From assembly GCA_963700285.1 (NCBI GenBank), contig CAVOXA010000001.1, forward strand, positions 288,001 through 352,000: a stretch of 64,000 bases of DNA, written 5' to 3'. The first letter of the stretch is position 1. Each line of letters begins with the position of its first letter. Source of the DNA: an uncultured Chloroflexia bacterium (GTDB lineage: Bacteria > Chloroflexota > Anaerolineae > JAAYZQ01). The translations under genes and the position numbers were made by a program. Positions 29,243 through 38,732 of the stretch are shown piece by piece. Below the pieces are notes generated by a model. That model saw nothing but the letters and a program-made list of their open reading frames with translations. It was not told where the DNA came from and searched no databases.

Positions 29243-31792
29243 CTATTGCTTGGGCTGTACCTGCTGTTCGGCCCAGTCGGGTGGATAGATGATTCTTGCC
29301 TTCACCGTCAAAGTACTGGAGGACGGGGAAGATATAGTAGCCCTTGCCCACAACCGGATCGGGAGTTGTCTCGGGCGTGTACTCGTAGCGGCTCATGACG
29401 ATGCCTTCGGTGTAGGCCCAGTCGCCGGTCCAGACGTTGTCCTTGACAAAGTTGTAGATCGACTCGCTGGTCAGCTCGCCCGCCTCGCGGCAGACGGCCT
29501 TGGCCACAGAGATGAAAAAGTTGCTGCCATCGTAGGACAGGCCAGCCGGCCGAGGGCTGGGTGGGAAGCCCTGTTCGGCCTCAAAGCGCTCGGCAAAGGC
29601 CTTGCCTTCGGCGGTCGCCCAGCCGGGGATCTGGTCGACCACATAGTTGGACGCGCTGCCGGTCAGGTCGTACCACTCGCCAACCCAGCCGAGGCCGTCG
29701 GCGATGATGAGGCTCTCCAGCCCGACCTCATCGGCCTGCTTGATAAAGGCGGACATGGAGGGCGCGGCAGTACTGGTGCCGGCGACGAGGGCCGGGTTGA
29801 GGTCGACGAACTTGTTGAGCAGCGGGTAGAACTCGGTCTGGTCGATGGGAAAGTACTGCTCGGCGACCGTCTGTCCAGCCGGCTTCCTCGAGCTGCCCCT
29901 TGATGGCGTTGCCAAAGCTGCGGCCCCAGTCGGTGTCCTCGCCATAGATGGCGACGGTCTTGGCCTCGGGGGCCCAGGCGCCGCTGGCGATCGCATCTTC
30001 CAGGGCCTGGACGTAGGAGATGCTCAGCTTGACCGGCGTGGGCCAGCCCTTGGTCGTCCAGTAGCCATACTTTTCCGGGTCGGAGTCAAACGTCTCGTTG
30101 ACGACCTCGGTAGCGCCAAAGCCAAAGAAGTGAGGCACCTTGTGCTTGGCGGTCACTTCCATGGCCGAGACGGCCACGGAGCTGTGCCAGTTGAGGACGC
30201 CGGCCTGGATGCCGTCCTGGACAACCGCCTGCTCGTAGGCCTGGGCGGCCTTGGCCGGGTCGGACTGGGAATCGACCCAGACCGGTTCGATCTTGTAATC
30301 GCCAGATCTGGCAGTCGATGTCTCCAAAGGCCATGTCTGACGCGAAGCCTTGAACTCGTCGCCGGTGCGGGCGCTGGGGCCGCTAAACGGGCCCAGGATG
30401 CCCAGCTTGAAGGTCTCGGTGGCCTCCATGGCCTCAGCGCTCGGCGCGTGCAGTCCCTTAGGGCGGTCGACCGTTGCTGTTACGGCCCACTCGGGCGGTA
30501 GACGACCTGGCCTTCGCCATCAAAGTACTGGAGGACGGGGAAGATGTAGTAGCCCTTGCCGACAACCGGGTCGGGCACGTCGTCCGACGTAGTCTTGTAT
30601 TCGCTCATGACGATGCCGTCGGTGTAGGTCCAATCACCGGTCCAGACCTTGTCCTTGACAAAGTGTATAGATCCCTTCGCTGGTCAACTCGCCGGTCTGA
30701 CTCGCATACAGCTTCAGCCAAGGCGATGAAGAAGCGGCTACCGTCGTAGGACAGCCCAGCGGCCGAGGGCTGGGCGGGAAGCCCTGTTCGGCTTCAAAGC
30801 GTTCGGCAAAGGCCTTGCCCTCGGCGGTCGCCCAGCCGGGGATCTGGTCGAGGACATAGTTGGAGGCGCTGCCGGTGAGGTCGTACCACTCGCCGAAACC
30901 AGCCCAGGCCGTCGGCGATGATCAGGCTCTCCAGCCCGACCTCGTCAGCCTGCTTGATAAAGGCGGACATGGTAGGCGCGGCGGTGCTGGTGCCGGCGAC
31001 GACGGCGGGGTTGAGGTCGACGAACTTGTTGAGGAGCGGGTAGAACTCGGTCTGGTCGATGCCAAAGTACTCCTCGGCCACCGTCGTCCAGCCGGCTTCC
31101 TCGAGCTGGCTCCTTGATGGCATTGCCAAAGGAGCGGCCCCAGTCGGTGTCCTCGCCATAGATGGCGACGGTCTTGTCCTCGGGCGACCAGGCGCCGCTG
31201 GCGATGGCGTCTTCGAGGGCCTGGACGTAGGAGATGCTCAGCTTCTTGGGCGTAGGCCAGCCCTTGAACATCCAGTAGCCGTACTTTTCGGGGTCAGAAG
31301 CAAATGTCTCGTTGACGACCTCGGTGGCGCCAAAGCCAAAGAAGTGGGGGACCTTGTGCTTGGCGGTCTGCTCCATGGCCGAGACGGCTACGGAGCTGTG
31401 CCAGTTCAGGACGCCGGCCTGGATGCCGTCCTGGACGACGGCCTGCTCGTAGGCCTGGGCGGCCTTGGCCGGGTCGGACTGCGAGTCGATCCAGACCGGC
31501 TCGATCTTGTACTGGCAGATCTGCCAGTCGATGTCGCCAAAGGCCATGTTGACGGAGGCCTTGAACTCGTCGCCGGTGCGGGCGCTGGGGCCGCTAAACG
31601 GTCCCAGGATGCCCAGCTTGAAGGTACCCTCTGCTTCAGGCATGGGCTCTGCCGCTTCCTCCTTGGTGGGTTCCGCTGCTGCCGGCGCGTCGGTTCAGGC
31701 GCAGCTGGTTCGGCTGGCTCCTGGGTCGCCCCGCAGCCAGCGACCGCAAAGACGAGCCCTATGATGATCACCATCGGCAGGAGCTTTTGCAT
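29243..31792 (-). CDS. Liv-type substrate-binding lipoprotein with two tandem near-identical binding domains (frameshifted)
   Basis: Signal MQKLLPMVIIIGLVFAVAGC; two copies of FKLGILGPFSGPSARTGDEF...WHSSVAV...EDTDWGRS...PVLQYFDGEG...YPP(E/D)WA at ~30490-31625 and ~29250-30415. Confidence 0.75.
29250..31625. repeat. Direct duplication of ~1.15 kb (two SBP domains)
   Basis: Long stretches of the two copies are identical at DNA level, with scattered substitutions. Confidence 0.85.
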
Positions 31793-31995
31793 AGACGTGA
31801 CATTGTTTCTTTCCTCCTTATTGATCTGAGTTTAGGATAACTGTGCCAGTTACTGTGGGCCTGGAACCAAGCCACCGGAAACGTCAGAAGAAAAACGGCA
31901 GCAGCCACCTCCTTTCTAACAAGAGCTGAGGTCAGGGTTGAAGTCACTTGCTCTTCAGCTCTCTGCCTACCCTCAACTTTGGTCACTGAACGAAC

Positions 31996-33159
31996 CTATT
32001 CGAAGCAACTCTGATAGATCTTTTCGTATCCTGCCAGGTTGATGTCCCGCGGATTGCCAACGGTTTGGGGATCATCGTAGGCCAGTTGGGCCAGCATGGG
32101 GATATCTTCCTGTGGGATGTTCATCTCGGACAGCGTGGGAATGTCCAGGTCCGCAGAAAGTCGCGCCACGGCATCTACGGCCAGTTCCGCCGCATCCCAC
32201 ACAGGCAGCCCCCAGGTATACTCACCCAGAGCCTGGGCGATGCGCGCGTACTTTTGGGGCTCACCCATATAGTTGTAGGCCATCACCGGCGCCAGAAGAG
32301 ATGCGGTCAGCGCCCCGTGGGGCAAATTGTAGTAGCCGCCTGCTGTCTGGCTCATGGCGTGCACTGCGCCGGCGCTCTCCGTGCCGTAGCTCATGCCGGC
32401 CAGCATGGAGGCCATGGACATTTTATAGCGCGCTTCCTCGTTGTGTCCCTGGGCGTAGGCCAGACGCAGCCACTGCCCGATGGTCTCAATGGCCCACAGA
32501 GCCACCGCATCGGGCCAGGGCTGGGCATAGCCGCAGGTGTAGCATTCGATGGCGTGGGTCAGTGCATCCATCCCTGTGCCCGCAGTGATGTGTGGTGGAA
32601 GCCCCAGGGTCAGGCGTGGATCGATGAGGGCCACGTGGGCCGCGATCAAGCCGGTGCCGCCGACGTTGTACTTGATCTTGCGCTTGGGGTCGGTAATGAC
32701 AGCCCACAGCGTCACCTCGCTGCCGGTGCCTGATGTTGTGGGCACACAGACGAGGGGCGGAATGCGCTTGACAATGGGCTGCGGATCTGCCCACTCAAAG
32801 TCAAGGATGGAGCCGCCGTGTACGGCTACGACTCCGATTGACTTGGCGGTATCCATCGGGCTGCCGCCGCCAAAACCGATGAGGCCATCACAGCCCTCGG
32901 CCCGGTAGAGTCCGGCGGCATCGTCGACCAGCTTGATCTCCGGATTGGGGACTACGCCGTCAAAGAGAACATAGTCCAGGTTGCCGGCCTTAAGGCTCTT
33001 GACCGCTTCGTCGACCAGGCCCGCGGCTACCAGTCCATCGTCTGTTACCAGCATGGGGCGTTTGCTGCCCAGCGCCTTGATCTCGTCGGCCAGACAGGTG
33101 ATGGCCCCTGGGGCGTGCTTGACCACGGTCGGCACCTCAAAAGAACGCAGATTAATCAT
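31996..33159 (-). CDS. Iron-containing (type III) alcohol dehydrogenase
   Basis: GFGGGSPMDTAK, VPTTSGTGSEVT, GMDALTHAIE, VHAMSQ...PHG; ATG 33159 with a GGAGG RBS. Confidence 0.9.
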   Translation of the reverse strand: MINLRSFEVPTVVKHAPGAITCLADEIKALGSKRPMLVTDDGLVAAGLVDEAVKSLKAGNLDYVLFDGVVPNPEIKLVDDAAGLYRAEGCDGLIGFGGGSPMDTAKSIGVVAVHGGSILDFEWADPQPIVKRIPPLVCVPTTSGTGSEVTLWAVITDPKRKIKYNVGGTGLIAAHVALIDPRLTLGLPPHITAGTGMDALTHAIECYTCGYAQPWPDAVALWAIETIGQWLRLAYAQGHNEEARYKMSMASMLAGMSYGTESAGAVHAMSQTAGGYYNLPHGALTASLLAPVMAYNYMGEPQKYARIAQALGEYTWGLPVWDAAELAVDAVARLSADLDIPTLSEMNIPQEDIPMLAQLAYDDPQTVGNPRDINLAGYEKIYQSCFE

Positions 33160-33259
33160 GATCCCAAATCCTCCATATTGAGCAGGTTTGACTATCGTAC
33201 CGGCATGATGCTTGCCGTCCACCCTAGGTGACAATGATGGCAAAAAAGAACAGACGATA

Positions 33260-34018
33260 TCAGGTCCTTTGTACTTCTTCTACTTCCTCGTACCAGCGCA
33301 TGCGGGTACCGACCCTGGCTCGCATCTTCCAGGCCATAGTTTTCGGGGCCTCATCCATGGCCATTTGCAGGGCGATCAGGCGTCTCTTGATGGTCTGCAC
33401 GTCCTCGTCGTCCAGGTCGATCTGGTCCTCATCCAAAAAGTCGCGCAACTTCTGGATGGTCATGGACACAGTGGTATAGAGCCCCCAGTCTTTGCTGCAG
33501 AGTTTGGAAATCAGGTCTGAATTGATGGTCTCCTCATCCACGGGGCCCACCCTGTGATCCAAGAGCAGGGCCAGCAGGTCGAGTATGTCCTTACGGTTTA
33601 ACTCGACGATCTGGGCCTTGGAGAGAAAGAGCTCGGCTAGAGGAATGGTCAGTGGCTCGACTTCCAACCGGTCAGCGAGGGGCAGGGTGTGGCACATGGT
33701 AAAGTCGCCGATAAAGACGTCTATCTGCCGTCCCTGTGCTTCGTCATACCAGAGCTGCCGCCTGTCGCCGCTGAGCGTGTTAAAAGTTTTGTTTGGGGTG
33801 TAGCCCATGTCCGGCAAAAAGCTGATGAGTTTCTTGGCCCCTGCTTTGTTGGTGACAAAGTCGATGTCGGGGTATTTGCGTTCTAGAGAGCGATGGCTGG
33901 CGTTGGTAGAGTGGACCTTGATGGCCAGGCCCCCGATGACGCGCAGGAAGATGACCTCTTGCTGGGCCGCGGTAATGAGACGATACATCTCGTCTTCAAG
34001 ATTGGCTAGTGTAGTCAT
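33260..34018 (-). CDS. Uncharacterised protein with nucleotidyltransferase-fold motifs
   Basis: LRVIGGLAI...YPDIDFV (hG[GS]...DxD), IDVF (third Asp), helical C-terminus LSKAQ...KDILD. Confidence 0.6.
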   Translation of the reverse strand: MTTLANLEDEMYRLITAAQQEVIFLRVIGGLAIKVHSTNASHRSLERKYPDIDFVTNKAGAKKLISFLPDMGYTPNKTFNTLSGDRRQLWYDEAQGRQIDVFIGDFTMCHTLPLADRLEVEPLTIPLAELFLSKAQIVELNRKDILDLLALLLDHRVGPVDEETINSDLISKLCSKDWGLYTTVSMTIQKLRDFLDEDQIDLDDEDVQTIKRRLIALQMAMDEAPKTMAWKMRARVGTRMRWYEEVEEVQRT

Positions 34019-34047
34019 GGGCTCCCCTCTGTTGCCTGGCATTACCT

Positions 34048-34077
34048 TGGGGCAGGGAGTCAGCTCCCTGCCCCCAA
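34048..34077. other. GC-rich hairpin downstream of the APC permease gene
   Basis: GGGGCAGGGAG-TCAG-CTCCCTGCCCC. Confidence 0.55.
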
Positions 34078-34095
34078 CAATCGTTTCTCGGATTC

Positions 34096-35745
34096 CTATT
34101 CGACGGGAATCTCCTTATAGATCTTGTCGATGTCAATCCCCTCGCGCCTGCGGTACCACTTGAAGCCCAGGTAGAGGCCGAGGGCCAGCAGGTACATGGC
34201 CAGCATGTAGATGACCGAACTGGTATTGGACAGGCCGATGCCATACAGGCCATTCGGGTCTATGAGCCACTGGTACAAGAGGTAGCCCAGGAAGGCGCCA
34301 AAGATGACGCCTGCGATGCTGATGAGGGGGACGCCCAAGATCTTGTACTTGGCGATGGGCGATGCGTTGTACAGGTCCTTCTTGATCCAGGGCAGGAGGA
34401 TAGCGGCAATAGTAGAACCTAAATAGGTAACGGCGATGACCAGCGTGGAGCACAGGGTCAATGTCTGGAAGTTAAAGATGTTCCAGGCAAAGAGGGCGGC
34501 CACGATGAGGGATGGAACCACCATCAGCACCAGCGCTATGATCGGCGTCCGTGTACGGGGGTCCACCTCGGCCACTTTTTCTGGCAGCAGGCGGTCAAAA
34601 GCGGCGGCAAAGATGACGCGGGTGGAACTGAGAAAGACCGTACCCGACCAGCCGAACCACCAGGCGCTCATGGCCAGGATGACGATGAACTGGAGTATGC
34701 GGCTGGGGGTCATAAAGACGGCCAGCAGCGCGGGGTAGGGCCAGATGGGCAGCGGAGGTACCTGCTCGGTATAACCCCAGCGATAGTTCCACCAGGCCCC
34801 ATTGGCGTTCATATACCAGTCCCAAGTGATCGTCTTCGAGATCAGCAGGAAAAAGACGGCGCCCAGGATGGTGGTACCGATCAGCGCCCAGCCCATTCCC
34901 CAGAAGTTGCGCTTGAAATCGGTCGCGCCGCGTACCTCGCCATACAGCGTCGCCCCCCAGTTGGGCCACAGGTTAAAAAAGACGATGTAGGGGATTGCCA
35001 GAAAGATGACGCCCAGCGTGCCGCCAAAGAGGGGGGCGATGGCGCCGGCTTCCTGTCCGGCAGCGACGGTCTTGTCGTAGACGTTTTCGGCGGCGTCAAA
35101 CATCTCTGGCGCCTGGGCATTCAGGCCAGCCTGGAAGGACGCGTTGTTGCCCAAGAGCAGGAAAAGCAAGACGATGGCCAACGCGACGATGCTGATCCAG
35201 AAACACCATTTCTGGATGCGGGAATACCACTTCATGCCGATGGCAATATAGATGCCGACAATGATGCACACGATCACGGCCGTGACGAACAGGCCGATGG
35301 GCGTGTTGCTGAACCAAAGCGCCGCTCCGGTGGCGCCCAGGATGCCCAACAGCGGGGTGAAAAACAACTGGCGGAGCATGTCGGCATAGAGCGGCACCCA
35401 CAGCCAGAGGATAAACCACCAGCCGGTGACGGCCAGCACAAAGCCAATGCCGCCACCTAAAATGCGGCTCTGCCAGACATAGTCCCCTCCAGCGCGGGGC
35501 ATCACGGCGATCAAGGCGGCATAGACCACCACCTCGAAGATGATGAATATCCCGCTGACGATGAGGGTAGGCATCAGCCCACCCTCAAAATAGTACATCT
35601 GGCTGAAACTGTATAGGCCCAAGGTGATGAGGTTGATGGAAAAGAAGGCGTAGATGAAGGCGTCAAAGACCGACCACGACCGCACCAGTCCCGTCGCCTT
35701 GCGCAAAAACAGACTTGTCTCCTGGCTCTTGGCTTCTTCGGACAT
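34096..35745 (-). CDS. APC-superfamily amino acid/amine permease
   Basis: FLRKATGLVR N-terminus, MPRAGGDYVWQSR, YGEVR, TRVIFAAAFDRLLP, ~12 TM helices, IYKEIPVE C-terminus. Confidence 0.88.
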   Translation of the reverse strand: MSEEAKSQETSLFLRKATGLVRSWSVFDAFIYAFFSINLITLGLYSFSQMYYFEGGLMPTLIVSGIFIIFEVVVYAALIAVMPRAGGDYVWQSRILGGGIGFVLAVTGWWFILWLWVPLYADMLRQLFFTPLLGILGATGAALWFSNTPIGLFVTAVIVCIIVGIYIAIGMKWYSRIQKWCFWISIVALAIVLLFLLLGNNASFQAGLNAQAPEMFDAAENVYDKTVAAGQEAGAIAPLFGGTLGVIFLAIPYIVFFNLWPNWGATLYGEVRGATDFKRNFWGMGWALIGTTILGAVFFLLISKTITWDWYMNANGAWWNYRWGYTEQVPPLPIWPYPALLAVFMTPSRILQFIVILAMSAWWFGWSGTVFLSSTRVIFAAAFDRLLPEKVAEVDPRTRTPIIALVLMVVPSLIVAALFAWNIFNFQTLTLCSTLVIAVTYLGSTIAAILLPWIKKDLYNASPIAKYKILGVPLISIAGVIFGAFLGYLLYQWLIDPNGLYGIGLSNTSSVIYMLAMYLLALGLYLGFKWYRRREGIDIDKIYKEIPVE

Positions 35746-35986
35746 TGGAACCGCTCCTTTCTACACAAGAAATGGCTAGCTGATGTAGCAACGTTGCCCG
35801 CAGGTCACGGCTGCAAACTGCGGCTGCATTCCGCATCATGGGAATGCCTCCAATCCGCTAGACAGGTCTTTTGCTGATAGGCGCCTCCTTGTCTTCTAAC
35901 CCGCTCACCGAGTTTCCCCGGCGACGTGTTGGCCTGCCCTCCCGGACAAGAACCCCCCGCAGCCCATTTTACCTTCAGGCTGAGGA

Positions 35987-36928
35987 CTAGCCAGTGGTCA
36001 AGATGTAGCTCTTGACCTTGTTGCGGGCCAGTGTGACCACTGCGCCAAGCAAGCGGCCCTGCTCGTACATGCTGCCGGGGTTGATACACAGCGTCTGACC
36101 GACCCGGATAGCCCCTTTGCCCTCGTGGATGTGCCCGTGCAAGCCCAGTATCGGCCTGTATTCCTGAATGATGTCACGAACAGCGCGACTCCCGACAGGA
36201 ACCAGGGATCTTCCCCCAAGTTTTGGCGTCAGTTCCTCATCCAACTCGGGCACGTCGTCGAGCGTCGTTCCGTACGGCGGTACGTGTAGGTTGAATACGC
36301 TGGTCCTGGGGTTCTTGAGCTGGGAGAGCATGGCATCGTAGCGGATCCTCAGCGCTTCGTCGTCCTCCTCGCGGTAGGTGTGCCAGGGAGTGATGTTGCT
36401 CCAGCCGGAACTGATCATCTCGTGGTCCCGGTCTAGTTCCATGACCTCGCCCTCGACCAATTGCACGTGCTTTGAGGTCCGGATTAGATCGTCCAGCTCA
36501 AACATATCGTCATTACCGGGCGCGACGTAGCAGCGTAGGCCGGAGCCCTCCAGCTTTTCATCGGCGTAGGCCAACCACTGCTCAGCCGTCTTGAGTACCT
36601 GGGTGTGAAAGATCTTGTCCACACTCTCAGGTTGTTCGCTGAGTTCAGCGATCTCCTCAGAGGTGGTACGGTAGGGATAGTAGCCCCGACTTTTGATGTG
36701 CTTTTCCATCTCCAGCACCTGATCTTCGCCCCTCAGGATCGACTCCTGCTCCAGTAGGACCGCTTTGTAGGTGTCACCTTTTTGATGGATGATGGGCACA
36801 ATGGCTTTGCCGGTCATGTCGCCGCCCAGGATGATGATATCTGCCCCATAGAATTTGCCGGCGCTGATGAACTTTTTCCAGCAGATATCAGAGCCGTGTA
36901 CATCGGTGGCGAAGAACAGTGTGGTCAT
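35987..36928 (-). CDS. Calcineurin-like metallophosphoesterase
   Basis: Motifs FATDVHGS, LGGDMTGK, PGNDD, NLHVPP, LHGHIHE, INPGS. Confidence 0.85.
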   Translation of the reverse strand: MTTLFFATDVHGSDICWKKFISAGKFYGADIIILGGDMTGKAIVPIIHQKGDTYKAVLLEQESILRGEDQVLEMEKHIKSRGYYPYRTTSEEIAELSEQPESVDKIFHTQVLKTAEQWLAYADEKLEGSGLRCYVAPGNDDMFELDDLIRTSKHVQLVEGEVMELDRDHEMISSGWSNITPWHTYREEDDEALRIRYDAMLSQLKNPRTSVFNLHVPPYGTTLDDVPELDEELTPKLGGRSLVPVGSRAVRDIIQEYRPILGLHGHIHEGKGAIRVGQTLCINPGSMYEQGRLLGAVVTLARNKVKSYILTTG

Positions 36929-37024
36929 GATCCTCCCTCCAGTTGCAGGACAGCGCCGAATTCTTGTCAAAGTTGAGGTTAAAGATTGAGCCTGAGCCTG
37001 AGGCGTACGCCCTTAACCTTGACT

Positions 37025-37888
37025 CTACCCGGCCTTCTGTCTCTTGCGATAAGCCTTGAGATAGCGCATGGCATAATCATCGCGGCCCAGCGCCAGATCG
37101 GCGGCCAGGATATAAGACCCAACTTTGGCGGCATCGACGATGGGGCAATTCAGGCCGCGGGCAATGGCCATGGCCAGGAACACGCCGTTGATGGTCTCTC
37201 GGTCAGGAAGGCCAAAGGAGACATTGCTGGCGCCCAAGGCCAAGTTGACCCCCAATTCCTCCTTGACCATACGGATGGCTTCCAGCGTGACCCAGCCGGC
37301 CTGGGAATCAGCCCCAACTGTAAGAGCCAGGCAGTCGATGAGGATATCTTCGCGGCCGATGCCATGGGCTGCGGCCCTGTCGACGATCTTTGTGGCGACA
37401 GCCAGCCGTGCCTGCGGCGTTGGTGGAATGCCATCATCGTCCATGGCCAGGCCGATCACGGCCGTACCATACTCTGCCACCAGTGGCAGCACCCTGGCCA
37501 GGCTTGCCTCCTCACCGTTGACCGAGTTGATCAATACCTTACCGTCAGGGTTTATCTCCTTGTGTGCCGCCAGTGCGGCTGCCATCGCCACACCATCCGC
37601 CGTGTCGATGGCGATAGGCACATCTACCGTCTCTAGCACCAGTCTGACAGCTTTGGGCAGCAGGTCCGCTTCGTCGACGCCAGCGGCGCCAACATTGACA
37701 TCTAGAATGTGGGCGCCTGCCTCGACCTGGGCCAATGCCTCTTGGCGGACGATCTCCAGATCTCCGGCTGCCAGTGCGGCGGCCAGTTTCTTCTTGCCGG
37801 TAGGATTGATCCGCTCGCCGAGCATAGCGGTTGGCCGGCCGGTGCCAATGACTACCTGTTTTGCCATACCTTTGAGAATTGTATCCAT
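37025..37888 (-). CDS. Methylcorrinoid:tetrahydrofolate methyltransferase (pterin-binding; AcsE/MtgA/MetH-folate-domain-like)
   Basis: LGERINPTGKK, GAHILDVNVG, PIAIDT, LINSVNGE, IDCL, GASNVSFGLPDR. Confidence 0.88.
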   Translation of the reverse strand: MDTILKGMAKQVVIGTGRPTAMLGERINPTGKKKLAAALAAGDLEIVRQEALAQVEAGAHILDVNVGAAGVDEADLLPKAVRLVLETVDVPIAIDTADGVAMAAALAAHKEINPDGKVLINSVNGEEASLARVLPLVAEYGTAVIGLAMDDDGIPPTPQARLAVATKIVDRAAAHGIGREDILIDCLALTVGADSQAGWVTLEAIRMVKEELGVNLALGASNVSFGLPDRETINGVFLAMAIARGLNCPIVDAAKVGSYILAADLALGRDDYAMRYLKAYRKRQKAG

Positions 37889-37955
37889 GAATCGACTCCT
37901 CTCAGTCAGAATGATTGATTTTGGACAGAGCCAAAGCTGATAGCTGCTGTGATGC

Positions 37956-38600
37956 TTACAAGACAGCCTTGATCTCTCGCTGAAAGTCGGCGACATGCCT
38001 TTGCAGTAGAGTCTCGGCGCGGGCTCCGTCGCAATCCAGCAAGGCGGCGGTGATGGCTGTATGCTGCTCCATGGCCCCCCTGACGTCGCCGATGCGGTCG
38101 AGGGTTAGATGCCAGATGCGATGGCTCAAGGCGTGGAGGTGGGCAAGGGTATCGGCGAGAAACTCGTTGTCGGCGGCCTGATATATCAGCTCGTGGAAGC
38201 GTTCGTCGATATCCATCAGGGCCCGATTGTCGCCGTTGGGGATCTGCTCGAGTTCGGCGATCACGGCCCGCATCTGAGCCAACTGGTGCGGAGTGGCGCG
38301 CTCGGCAGCAAGACGGGCGCAAAAGCCTTCCAGCACCATGCGCATCTCAAAGATCTTTTGCAGGTCAGTGATGCCAATATCGGCGACGAACATGCCTCGC
38401 CTGGGGGCGGAAAGGAGGAGGCCCTCCGATGCGAGCCGCTGCAGGGCTTCACGGATGGGCGTACGCCCCAGGTGGAGGTTCTCCATCAGTGCTTGTTCAT
38501 CGATGGTGGACAGGGGGGGGAGCTCCAGAGTGATGATCTTGTGCCTGATCAGTTGATAGGCTTTGTCGCTGAGCCGCACAGGTTTCTCCTCTCTGAGCAA
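37956..38600 (-). CDS. GntR-family (FCD) regulator heading the methyltransferase cluster
   Basis: GRTPIREALQRL HTH, PRRGMFV, DERFHELIYQAADNEFL; paralogous to 11928..12605. Confidence 0.88.
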   Translation of the reverse strand: MLREEKPVRLSDKAYQLIRHKIITLELPPLSTIDEQALMENLHLGRTPIREALQRLASEGLLLSAPRRGMFVADIGITDLQKIFEMRMVLEGFCARLAAERATPHQLAQMRAVIAELEQIPNGDNRALMDIDERFHELIYQAADNEFLADTLAHLHALSHRIWHLTLDRIGDVRGAMEQHTAITAALLDCDGARAETLLQRHVADFQREIKAVL

Positions 38601-38732
38601 GTCCCCCTACAGCAGGCTTCACTGCCCCGACTGGATCCCAGTTCTGCAAAAAGAGACGTTGTGCCAGCGAACCCAGTCAAGCACTGGGGTGAAGCGCTTG
38701 GAATACTCTAAATATATTCACAATACATTCCT

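Noticed and set aside
33260-34018. Type IV toxin-antitoxin (AbiEii-like) or other defence nucleotidyltransferase
   Set aside because: No adjacent antitoxin or effector gene; it is embedded in a catabolic/transport cluster. It is kept as a metabolic or regulatory hypothesis instead.
35746-35986. Riboswitch (cobalamin, glycine, THF, SAM) in the 240-nt gap before the APC permease
   Set aside because: No conserved aptamer motifs were recognisable by eye; an Infernal/Rfam scan would be needed to exclude it.
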